Assembly: GCF_021869535.1 (NCBI RefSeq)
Contig: NW_026262593.1
Location: 13,268,001-13,332,000, forward strand
Length of the DNA stretch: 64,000 bases
Origin: Mytilus californianus
Taxonomy: Eukaryota
Direction of reading: 5' to 3'
Shown here piece after piece: positions 38,772-51,300 of this stretch. Numbering within the stretch: the stretch's first letter is position 1; every line of letters starts with the position of its first letter. A program made the position numbers and the translations under genes. The notes beneath the pieces are model-generated. The model was given only the letters and a program-made list of their open reading frames with translations. It did no database searches and had not been told where the DNA came from.

Positions 38772-41737
38772 GGACCAGACTTAAGGGCCTACGATACAGT
38801 TTTGATCAAACAGTGAATTTTTACGAAAGTTTGCATGCAAGCTATTTTTTCACCTAGTCAATTTAGATATGTAATAAAAGATATACCTTCATGTGCTTGT
38901 TTTAGAGATAATTAAGTTGAAATTATAGACATTTACAGGAAATTTCGGTTTCTTGGACATTATTGGAAGACCATTGATATGCCAATTGAAAACGACAATG
39001 CGACCTTGACCACAATTCAAACTTTGCATGCGTACGATGGATCAGAAAAGTATAATTTCAAATAAATATGTTTGTTCTATTTCTAATTTAGATTATGCTA
39101 GTCATTACCAGAATTTGAAGATTGCTGTCTTGATTTTCTTTCACAAATTAATTTTTGAATAAGACATACGTGATTTAATTGTTTGCCTGATGCAAATAAA
39201 GCTGTGGAACCAGATGTTGTAAGCGACAGAATGCAACATGCTGATAGAAATGAAAGGTTTGCTTTTAAACACATCTCTAAATGTTCAAATATTTCCCGAT
39301 AAATGAAAATATGCACCAGTGTTATTACCAAATTTAAAAGTGGTGTGAATTCAGTATATTCTTACTACAGGTATAACTAATTCTTGTTCCCATTGCATTC
39401 GATATCAAATTCTTCAATTTCAAGCATGTGTAGCTCTTTTGTCTTCAATACAAATAAAGTGAATTTACATGTCTGTGCACATGTAGGGACTCGGGTAGCA
39501 GATTAAAATTTTGTTTATCACTTTAGGATTTTTCAGTATACGGATATGGATAGTAAACTGCACATTGCTAGAAAACAAAGAAATGTTGATGCCAATGTTA
39601 AAAACGTTAATAAAGTAATGCAAATAGACAGGAAATACGAAAAAACGATTTGAAAAATATTGATAAACAAAATGTTAATCTGCTAACCGAGTCACTGTGC
39701 ACTACATGACTACCTTAACTATTCTTGTGCTGACAAAAATCAACATACCTTCTGAACCATTACTCTCTTATGTGCTATAATTGAATATAAGAGCGAAATG
39801 GTTCCTGGAACTATGGAAGTACCAAAATCAAGAACTTCTGGTCTTGCGGTCATAAAAATTAAGAGTACGAGTATTGTACTCTGACTCAGAATACAACCAA
39901 TCAAAATACTGGATTTGGTGTTTCGAGTACTGAGTAAAGTTTTATGAACATAGGCACAGATCTACTAAACAGGAAAATATGCCGTCCTTTTTAAATTTCA
40001 TGCACTAATGGATGTCACAGACGGACTGACAAGATGCATCATCACAACAGTGTCAACAATTTTATTTTCATGAATTCATTAGAGCTAAACGATTACTTCT
40101 TTTATAGTAGTGTATTCGTTAGTAACAAAAAAAGAAGAGTTTGCATGGTGATTGAGATGTCCTGCAATTTTTCTCATCAACTCTCAATCTGGTACTTGTA
40201 CTTTCTTAACCGATGAATGATGGATGTTTCATAATACTGAAGAAAAAAACGCAGCTTCAACCCCGACATATTTTCATTTGACTGTCCATATTCATGATCT
40301 TGTTGTAAGTTTTAGTGTTCCATAACTTAAAGTTTTTACTTATTTACAGAACGACAATAATTGCATTCCTGTAATCAGAGACATATAATACAATGTATTA
40401 TATTTTTCTGCAGTAATTATATTCGAACTTGGGATGATTTAGAACTTGGCATATTATATAGAAACATATTTATTGTCGAACAGGATGTGGATATTTTTAT
40501 TGTTGTGTTGTTGTTTCATTGACATATACAATCATATCTTCATTTTTCATACTCAAATGATATTTTTCTATTTTCTACTGTTTAAAATATTCACTGTTTC
40601 AGGTAGTCATCCTGTTATATCCAAAATGAACAAACACCAGATCAAAATATGTTTACCCGCTCATTGTGTATCACTCAATTTCTTTTTTTGTGGGAAGAGG
40701 GTATTTGGTATCAGTAAATACAGCAAGGATTCGCTTACTATACAAATCCTTGAATACAGTAACTCTACAACAACAAAAATACATCTACTTTTTGTGTTTT
40801 GATTCCTTCTAGAATTTATCACAAATGTTTACGAAAGTGTTAAATTGTTTATTGAGCATGTTAAATTCTGTCGCTTACAATATCTGGTTCCACAGCTTTA
40901 TTTGCATTTTGTTATTCAAATTTAAGAATTATTTTTGTTGATCTGTATTATATTTGGATCAGATATGGTTATTCCATTTAAAGACTGGATAAAGCAAAAA
41001 TACTGTTGACCACACAGATCTGTCTCGCTTTTTTGTAATTTTGTTAGAATAATGCAAATGTTGAAATTAAAATGGCAATATTGTAACATGTAAAAGAGAG
41101 GCGAAGGATACCAAAGGGACATTCAAACTCATAAGTCGAAAATAAACTGACAAACAAACAACAGTACACAAAACAGCATAGAAAACCAAAGACTAAGCAA
41201 ACACAAACCCCACCAAAAACTAGGGGTGATCGCAGGTGGTCTGAAAGGGTAAGCAGATCCTGCTCCACTTGTAGCACCCGTCGTGTTGCTCATGAAAGTA
41301 CAATCCCGGTAATAAGTCTAATTTGGTAAAATATGCAAAACATTAAAATTCAATGAACCATGACCGAAGTAGCAGGACCAAAAATCCTCCATGGAATGAA
41401 AAATGCCATTGCTTATTAAGCTGCATGCCAAAAAACATAGACTTTTCGTAAGTGGTTCCCTTTAAACCAACTCTTACACAAGAAACTCATCACAAAAAGT
41501 ACGATAAAAGGGAAATTTTCTTTCCCTATTTTTTAATTTTTTTTTGGACGGTGATGTTCCTTTGTAAAGTAACATTTCGGATTTCAATGAGTGTAACCTA
41601 TGTATAAAATAAAAATTGAGAGACATAAAAGAGCATTTTTTAAATATTATGCTGGTGAAGTTATATGACAGTGTTGATGTGAAAGTGTACGATGAATATT
41701 ATACTTACAGCTCATATATCCCAGTGAACTTGAAATT

Positions 41738-42130
41738 AAGGATACTACTGATACTAGAAGGACTGCTTCATACCTTGATCTTTTCCTCAATATTGACACA
41801 GATGGACGACTTCACACGAAAATCTATGATAAGCGGGACGATTTCAACTTCCCAATTATCAATTTCCCATTTCTCAGCAGTAACATACCCTCTGCCCCTT
41901 CGTATGGTGTTTACATATCTCAATTGATACGTTATTCTCATGCTTGTTCACACTATACGGACTTCATATACAGGAGTGTGCTCCTTACGCAGAAACTGCT
42001 CCAACAAAGTTATGAGGAGGACAGATTAAAAATGACACTCCGTAAATTTTACGGACACCATCACGAATTGGTTGATCCATACGATGTGTCTTTGTCCAAA
42101 CTAACTAAGGACATTTTTACCACGTGTTAG
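41738..42130 (+). mobile_element. Penelope RT C-terminal fragment
   Basis: Frames give IYDKRDDFNFPIINFPFLSSNIPSAPSYGVYISQLIRYSHACSHYTDF...LRKFYGHHHELVDPYDVS. Confidence 0.85.
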
Positions 42131-42809
42131 ATTGTGGTTTGTCATTACGTCGTCTGATCTTTTCATTACCGAACGTGACTTATTCCCGATTGTGACTGTT
42201 TTGCTGAGTGTGAAACCGCATTGCTATAAGACGTGTCACGGTACTTTTCTATCCCAAATTCATGTATTTAATTTTGATGTTATATTTGTTATTCTCGTCG
42301 GATTTTGTCAAATGTCTTAACGTCTTTTCTGTTATATTCGTGTGTTATGGTAAAGATAATTAATCACCCCCTTCATTTATTAGATTTTAGTTTGGTTCAA
42401 CGAAATTTATACGATATATTTGGTTTACAGTTTGATTCAGAAGAAACACCGACATAGCTAGATAATACAATTAATTATCTAATTACTACCACAATTTGAT
42501 ATTAATAAGTATTGTAATTTTCATTGTTATTAATAAATGTTATTAATAAATGTAATGTCAGTATTATAAATCTAATCTTGAATCAATCCTAATCCTATCT
42601 TATTTTTGGGAAATATTTTTACAAATTCAAATGTGACGCCACTTTGTGTGTTTTTCTAGAATTTCAAATGTGACGTCACTTTGTGCGTTGAGGCTTTGGC
42701 TAACTCGGCTGTGTATTTTTATGTGTTGGATTAAGTTGTTTTATGTATCCTTTTTTATTCTGTAGTTAGTCCCCACTTCGGTTTTATCATGTATATCTAT
42801 TACATAGTC

Positions 42810-43045
42810 ATTTTATAAAATTTACTGTTTGCAAAATTAAAAATTATTCCAAATAATAAGGATGTTCTTGTCCCAGGCAGAAAACCTGGCCGTGTTAGGC
42901 GCAACTTTTTGGAAGTTTTGGTCCTCAGAGCTCTTCAGCTTTGTACTTGTTTTGGCTTTCAAACTTTTTTCGTCTGAGTGTCACTGGTTGGTCTTGTGTG
43001 GACGAGACGCACGTCAGGCGTATTGAATTTTATGCCTAGTATCTT
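42810..43045 (+). mobile_element. Degenerate copy of a second retrozyme-like family; relic hammerhead at 42978-43021
   Basis: gtgtca ctggttg GTC-ttgtgtg-GAC gaga cgcacg TC aggcgt has type I hammerhead geometry, with CTGATGA>CTGGTTG and GAAA>GAGA. Confidence 0.55.
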
Positions 43046-43879
43046 TTGTTAGCTATTATTCGTGTGTTTCTTTGTCCTATATGTTCTCCCATTTATTTGT
43101 ATTGTGGTCCTATCATGTGATGTTGTCGTTTTGGTGTTGTGTTTGACGTTGCCATAAAAGCGGGAGGTTTGGCATGCCACAAAACCAGGTTCAACCCACC
43201 ATTTTTTTTCTTAAAATGTCCTGTACCAAGTCAGGAAAATGGCCATTGTTATATTATAGTTCGTTTCTGTGTGTGTTACATTTTAATGTTGTGTTTTTGT
43301 TGTGTCGTTGTTCGCCTCTTATATTTGATGCGTTTCCCTCAGTTTTAGTTTGTAACCCGGATTTGTTTTTATCTATATCGATTTATGAGTTTCGAACAGC
43401 TGTATACTACTGTTGCCTTTATTTATCATCGGACGATTTGCAACTCAAAGTTATTATTGACTGCTCGTCCATGGAATTCCTAGATGAATCCACTATCTCT
43501 GTAATTGAATGCATATCTAGAGGTTATTGCTAAAGACTGCATCATAGAAGAGCCTCGCTACTACAAATAACCTAGTTACTATCATTATACAATGACATTA
43601 ATCTTGAATCAGTTATTTAGTGAACAATTCCATTTTGAGAACTTTGGTGAACTTTACGAGCAGAAGTGTGGGTAGCTAGTAGAGGAGTCATGTACATACG
43701 CGTTTTAGGTATATATATTTTTTCTTTTTGGTCAGTGATTGTATATAATATATAGTTAACGTTAGAATCCTGGAATAATAATAATGTAGTTAAGGTGTGA
43801 TTGATCCCCCTGTAGTTAGAGAATCCCAAATTACACCGTTTGGTGGTGCGCCTGACAAAGGCTGAACTTACAGATTAGG

Positions 43880-44830
43880 TAACAAGTAACTGGTATAACT
43901 GGTAAGTTATCAAGTCAGGGAATTTGCCATCACAAATTACTTAAAACATTTACTAAATTCTTCCATAGATACAAAAATTTGGTTTGCAAGTTTAGCTGTA
44001 CCTGTAGAAAACCTATATCAAACGGAATAGCACATTCTAACTTTTACGGTGATGTTGCTTCAGAGCCCCGAAATATAGATACAATCCGGGTAAACTTATC
44101 AATTCTTTAAAAGAAAGTATGCTAAATACACTTGCTGGAAATGTGAAGATATGATTGAAGCTTTAAATTCTCTCCTGGACAACATATATGTACGTTTCGG
44201 CGATAAAATGTATCGACAGGTAGTAGGTATTCCTATGAGCACTAACTGCGCCCCTTTAAAAGCAGATTTATTCCTGTATTGCTATGAATCTCAGTTTATG
44301 ACGAAACTCAGTTAAGACACGTCATTGTTACATTTGGTTGATACATTCAACAATACCTACCGTTATCTTGATGATATTTTTTCGTTAAATAATCCAGAGT
44401 TCTCTAAATATACTACCTAAATTTACCCAAAGAAACTTACTTTAAATTAATCTAGCATAAACAGTAGTAGTTTTCCTTTTCTATTTTATATCTACCTGTG
44501 TGACGTCTACATAAGAAAATGCCTGTACCAAGTCAGGAATATGACACTTGTTATCTATTAGTTTGATGTGTTTGAGCTTTTGATTTTGCCATTTGATTAG
44601 GGACTTTCCGTTTTACAGTTAAGTCTGCCTCATATCTTGACTTACATCTAGAAATTGACAATGAGGGTCGGTTGAAAACAAAACTTTACGACAAAAGAGA
44701 TGATTTCAGCTTCCCAATTGTGACCTTTCCATTTTTAGTTCCAAATGGTGAAGTTGAAGTCATCACTTCGTAAATTTTACGGACGCTATCACGAGTTGGT
44801 TGACTGTTATGGAATATCCGTTTCACAGAT
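43880..44830 (+). mobile_element. Cluster of Penelope RT fragments interrupted by a family A repeat
   Basis: HKLLKTFTKFFHRYK..GIAHSNFYGD (~43930-44055); LLDNIYVRFGDKMYRQVVGIPMSTNCAPL..YRYLDDIFSLNNPEF (~44170-44400); YLDLHLEIDNEGRLKTKLYDKRDDFSFPIV (~44630-44730). Confidence 0.85.
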
Positions 44831-46299
44831 GATATCCATATCCAACTAAGTCAGACATCACGTGACTTTTGTGACGTATACTAGCCGCCATTTTGTATTA
44901 TATTGCCCCATATAAAATGCATAGGTGCTTCAATAAAGTTTAGTTTTCTCATTAACCTGACCCGTTTTCTAACTTTTGCAAATCAATCCTTGATATTCAA
45001 ACATATTTCTATCAAACAATGTTGGTCCAAACAGTTTAATTTTTGATTAAATTCTGTCACTGGAGAATCGTAAAAACATGTACTTTTTCTCGTTATTTCT
45101 CCGTTGACTCAATGCTAAATGTACCGATACCCATGTCTACTTGTATAAAAAATAAAGAAATTCCGTTAATAAAAATAAAACTTTGCAAATCGATTAAGTA
45201 TATTCAAACATATATCTGGCGAAAAATACTATTTAAAACAGTTTAATTTCTGGGCAATTTCTGTCAAAAATAGATTCAAAAAAGTGAATATTTCGGGATT
45301 TTTCAAAATGGCGGATGATGTGTATGGAAATGTTACATCAGATCGAGGATTTGTATAGTAACACTTTCCTTGATTAAATTAAATTTTTCATGTAGAATCT
45401 CTGATGTTTCTGTTATTTTCTTTGGTGATATTTCGATATGATTGATTTCAAAATTTCTTGATAAAAAAAAAAAATTATTTTAAGTGTGACACGGGAACAT
45501 TTTATTTTGACAAATATCCAGGATATACTGTTACCAGAAAACAGTTATAAATAAAATTTATAATAAAATTTTTTCTCTTCTTTTTTTAAAAGGTTTTTTC
45601 CTGTTTTTTGTATAATTTATCTTTCTTTAGAAATATATTTATACATTCCTTTTAGAACAAAAAATATTTACGTCCCAAGAGAGAAAAAAATCCCAACAAT
45701 TATTATAGATAAATATTCCATACCTTCAAAACCCCATCACTTGACGAACAGGTGAACTCTGACTTTGGATGTAATGTTACATAACAATATATTGTCAGGT
45801 AGACGTGCAAACCAAAAGCAACCAGGTGACATTAAACAACCTGTGTATACATGTATTACCAGAGTGTAAATTTTGTGATATACAAAAGTTTTCATAACTG
45901 TACAAATAAATATCTTCTCTTCCCCGTGTCAAACCAGAAGAAGTATGTATCATAATAAACTTTAAGAAAATATGAATATTATAAAAAAAATCTTTAAAAA
46001 AATAATTTTTGCTTTAAAAGATAATCAAACTAATATTTATGTTTCTATAATTATTTTAAAGAAATATTTTGATTCAAATTTTAATTCAAATGGATTTTGT
46101 ATTATTTCGTAAAAAATTAAACGAGATTTCATTGAATATGATTTTATTATTTATTTTTTTAATTCAATATTTTTAGCATAATCCAGGCATTCAATAAATC
46201 GATATAAAGTTAAACTTGTGTAAAAAAATTTGTTATTGTATACATTTCAACAGAGACATATAATACAATTGCTCTGATTTCAACAACATGTATACCCGA

Positions 46300-46545
46300 C
46301 AATATTTATCGCCAGAGTTATCGGTCCTGAATAGGACTGATATAGTTGGGTATGGGATATGTTTCTTATGTCGTAACCACAATCCCGTTCCCTTTTCACG
46401 AATGTGACCTACCGAATTAGACTATTTACCGACTTTGTAATAACATGAGCAACACGACGGGTGCCACATGTGGAGCAGGATCTGCTTACCCTTCCGGAGC
46501 ATCTGCGATCACCCCCAGTTTTTGGTGGGGTTCGTGTTGCTGTTG
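46300..46545 (+). repeat. Dispersed repeat family D; other copies at ~41100-41290 (-) and degenerate ~33090-33290
   Basis: Shared acgggtgccacatgtggagcaggatctgcttacccttccggagca...atcacccc..ttttggtggggtt.gtgttgct. Confidence 0.75.
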
Positions 46546-48382
46546 TACCTCTATTTGTGACATTTTTACCTATTGTGTTTGTTTTGTTCACACATCGTTG
46601 TCAATATAATGGAATTTGATGCGACTGTCATACAAGTGAGAGGTTTAGCTAGCTTTAAAACCAGGTTTAATCCACCATTTTCTACATAAGAAAATGCCTG
46701 TACCAAGTCAGGAATATGACAGTTGTTATCCATTCGTTTGATGTGTTTGAGCTTTTGATTTTGCCATTTGATTAGGGACTTTCCTTTTTGAATTTTCCTC
46801 GGAGTTCAGTATTTTTGTGATTTTACTTTTTTTTCATAAGTGTTTCTCGTTTCTTGTTTTTTTATATAGACTAGACCGTTGGTTTTCCTGTTTGAATGGT
46901 TTTACACTAGTCATTTTTGGGGCCCTTTATAGCTTGCTGTTCGGTGTTAGCCAAGGCTCCGTGTTGAAGGCTGTACTTTGACCTAAAATGGTTTACTTTT
47001 ACAAATTGTGACTTGGATGGAGAGTTGTTTCATTGGCACTTATACTACATCTTCTTATTCTGACAGTGTAATTATTTCTTTGAATGTTGTTTTATTGGTA
47101 TTAATATCGATTTTGTTATCAGTTAATTAAAACCATACCAAATATTGTTTTATACAAATATTCAAATCCACTGTACTACAATCTGTCGATATCTATGTTT
47201 TGGCATTGCACAAGGAAATGTTTTTTCTCTGACTGTTAATGACATCTATTGGTTGTTGCCACAGTTGGATGTGAACTGATTGATAATTTAGTCTTAGATA
47301 CAGGATTTTTTATAAGTTGTTATTGGCTGCAAACTAGCTGTCAGTAACTACGAGTACTCTCAGATCTGTATATTGTGTCTTTTTTGTTTTTTAAGGATGT
47401 ATTAATACCCTTGCCACGTCCGGTCTTTGTTTTTGTAAGATGTTTTTCTGCTTTGTATTGATCTGAAGAGTTAAGCCCTTTTCAACTGATTTTGATAAGT
47501 GTTCTCATGTTGTACTGTTACACCACTGTATAAGGTTAGGAGGAGTCTAGGTGCCTTTAAACGTGTTTAACACCACCACATTTGAATGTGCCTGTCCAAA
47601 GTTAGGAGCCTGTAGTCCAGTGGTTGTCGTTGGTTCATGTCTGTCATATTTGTTTTCCTTAAATTGTTTTGTTATAAATTAGGCTGTTTTCTCAAATGAA
47701 TTGTTTCATATTTTTTATGTACAGGGCCTTTTATAGCCGACTATACGGTACAGGTTTTCTCATTGTTGAAGGCTGTACGGTTCCCTTTAATTGCTTACAT
47801 CTACTTCATTTAAACTTTCATTGATATTTGTTATATAGTTCATACCACATCTCCTTATTTTTATACTGAATACAAACTTTAACTTTTAAAATATTCAAAA
47901 GTTATTAAGTCAATTTATCATGATGATGAGTGAGTCCATATAATCTACATGGAAATGAGACTTGCAAATACTGATACAACTGCATACCTAATATCATTGA
48001 TGTAACATTAGTGGTTTATCTTAAACTGATCTTATCAAAAACTGTTAAATGTGAACTACGCAAACCAAATAGACAGACCATGACTGAGGGGGAGGAGCCA
48101 AATAATCACCATGGAAATAAGATGTGCCAATGTAAATACATACAAATATGATTGAATTACCACTAATTGTTTCCCTTAAACTGACCTAATCACAAGCTAA
48201 TAAGAAAAAGTTTCAAAGTCAATATATCATGACTAAGAATAATAATAATCTTCATGGAAATCAGATTTGTCATTGATTCAAAGAAGCATCTAATTCTCTG
48301 ATAGGTGTAATCCATCAGGGTTTCCTCTTTATTTGTTTTGAACTTATAACATTATACATGACACATTAATCTGTTTAAAATT

Positions 48383-51300
48383 TTAATCAGAATCTGACAT
48401 AGTGAACTCTTTAACAATGTCCTCTTTATCATCGAAATCATCCGACATATCTTCACTCCCTTCATCCTTATCTTCACTGTTTTCATCAATATCATCGTCA
48501 TCATCTTCATCATCATCTTGATCTTCATCATCTTCATCATCATCCTGATCGTCCTCATTGTCACTTTCATCCTCGTCATCTTCACTAGCAGACTTTGCAA
48601 GTTGATCAAGGTCATCACTATCAAAATCACTAAATCAAACAAATTGCATAAATCATTAAAAAAATAATAACTACAAGAAGTGTTCATTTTTTATTACATT
48701 TCCCAAACTTCCATATTATCCTTATAATGCTCAAATGGAACGCTAAACAAAGTACAATGGCAGAATTCCAAAACTAATAAAAAATCATCACTGAGGAGCA
48801 CAGATTCTTGTTTTTCATAAAATGAAGCTTTGCCAATGTAACAGATACGAAATAACTATTTTCAAGCATAAATCTTTTTATAAACGCAGATGATCAGAAA
48901 ACTCATTAAAAAAAAGTGAAAAAAAATTTAAAGTCAGTGAGGCAGTACAGTTAGTATTGGACTAAAAATTTAAGAGCAAAGATGTTAATGCAACAGCATA
49001 CTAAATCTATCTGGTTTTTCAAATATAATTCTTCATTGACATTGTACAGAGAAATTAATTTCATTTTTGACTCAATATCTGGCTTTAAATATTTGTATCA
49101 CATTTATTTTGGTATAAGGCATTGTTTAGATATTGATTTGTTATTACATAAAAGGTTATCATTTATTAAATTGTGAAAACTGTCCTTGCGTGTTAGATAT
49201 GCCTTGGTCCTAGTACAAACAGATATTATTGGTAGTTTTTATTAATGCGATTAATTAGGTGAGTATTGCAATAATAATAACTTGCATTTTGATACAATTA
49301 GTTTATTTCGCATTTTAGTTTATCTCGCATTTTGTTCGTTCTTCAAAAATCGTAATAAATGAAATATAATAACAAATTTAATTTTTTTAAATAAATAAAT
49401 AAGCTTTATGTTATAGTCAACATGGTACAAATCAAGTAGACACAAATAAAAGTTCTATTGAGCTTTTGACTGACAATATTTAGAGTTTAAATTCAGTGAA
49501 GTGCATTTGTGAGTTGTAAATTGTATTTGCTATCCATCCATAAATTATATTTTTAACTAAATTTGGCCTCCAAACATAATGGAATTTTTGCTTTACATTT
49601 GAACATTGACCAGAAATTATAACTGTTTTTCTGTAAAGGTTTACTCTCAGTATTGGTGAAAATTGATTATTTTAGCAGCCTTAACATATCTTCTTCTTTC
49701 TTATGTTACATGTGTGCCATGATTTGTGAACTTGCTTATGATAAATAAGTCTTACCTGTAATTCTCATCAGAATTGTCTCCCTTTACTTTTCCAGGTCTT
49801 TCAGCTTTTGGAAGGAACCTTCAAGAATACATACCAATTGTTCTTATATTTTTCTTTTGATCAAATAAATGCATGAATATTTCAGTTATCATTTTATATG
49901 ATTCCCTTTTTCTATATTGAGGATTCTATCAATTTTATTTGTTAGAAATTAATGGAACAAACAAATCAAAATTCCAACTTTTATTTTTTTAAGGGTAAGT
50001 TTTAAAAGCAGTCTATTTTCCCATTTATCTTTGGTGACTAAGTATTTGGCAATATAATATAACATGAGTATGTTGTCTCTAAAATAATTTTAATGAAGTA
50101 TTGTTTAAAAAATCTCCCAATTAAGTCATTTGACAAACATACTTAGTGTAAAAAATTCTATGGTGTCAGTGTTTAACTGTATGACAGTCAACTCTTTACA
50201 AATATCCATGTACATTTTGTGTGAGTTGCTAGAGATATAATTTCAAGCTGTAGATGCAAATTTGATGTTCATTTTAATAATCTTATTTGTCATCAGAAGT
50301 GCTCAAACCATGTAAAAAGTAAAATCACAAAAATACTGAACTCCGAGGAAAATTCAATCGGAAAGTCCCTAATCACATGGCAAAATCAAATGACAAAACA
50401 CATCAAACGAATGGACAACAACTGTCATATTCCTGACTTGGTACAGGCATTTTCAAATGTAGAAAATGGTGGATTGAACCTGGTTTTATAGCGCTAAACC
50501 TCTCACTTGTACGACAGTCTTATCAAATTCCGTTATATTTACAACGATGCGTGAACAAAACAGACATTATAAATAAAATAGTCAAAATATGGGTACAGCA
50601 GTCATCACTGTGTTACAATATCAAAACAAACAATTATTTACAAAAAAGAACAAAAGCATCTATCAAATTAAAAACCACATTCATTGCTTCGCGTGTCTGA
50701 CGTCAGAAAATGTAAACGTCACATAAGAAGAAATTTTGTCATTCAATGTTTATTCAAAACAATTTTATAATTTCACATGTGGAATGTTGGTATACAGGGT
50801 TAAAAAATCAAAAGTTATGTAAGAATTAATTTCAGAAATAGACCGAGATTTAAAATTGTCCAGAAGTTCTTTAGAATATTTAAGAATCCACATATCGTTA
50901 ATACCACTACGGGAGTAAAATAAATTCGTCGTTTGTCGTTCAAAGTATTTTCAAATTTATAATAGAACAATAACATAATGACATATAATAGAACAATAAC
51001 ATAATGACGGGATCTTTTAAAGTACAGAGTCACGTTATAAGAACCACAGAAACACAAAAAGTCACATATACAAAACACACCAGCAAAAAAACAAAGAATC
51101 AAATGTAAGAGTACCATTAAATCCAAACCCACGAAAAATAGATTGCAATGTATCACGATGCCGACACTTAAAAATAGAAACGATGATAACAGACAGTATT
51201 TCAAAAAAACTTTTTAACCTGGTTGTATCATCGTCTGAATCATCACTGTCTGATTCAAACAAGGCAGAGAACTCTTCTTTTTCTGCAGCTGTGGCCTTCT

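Noticed and set aside
47460-47495. ctga(a/t)gagttaagcccttttcaactgat in repeat family B (also 16425-16447, minus strand)
   Set aside because: It has a CUGANGA box, but no GAAA follows the possible stem II.
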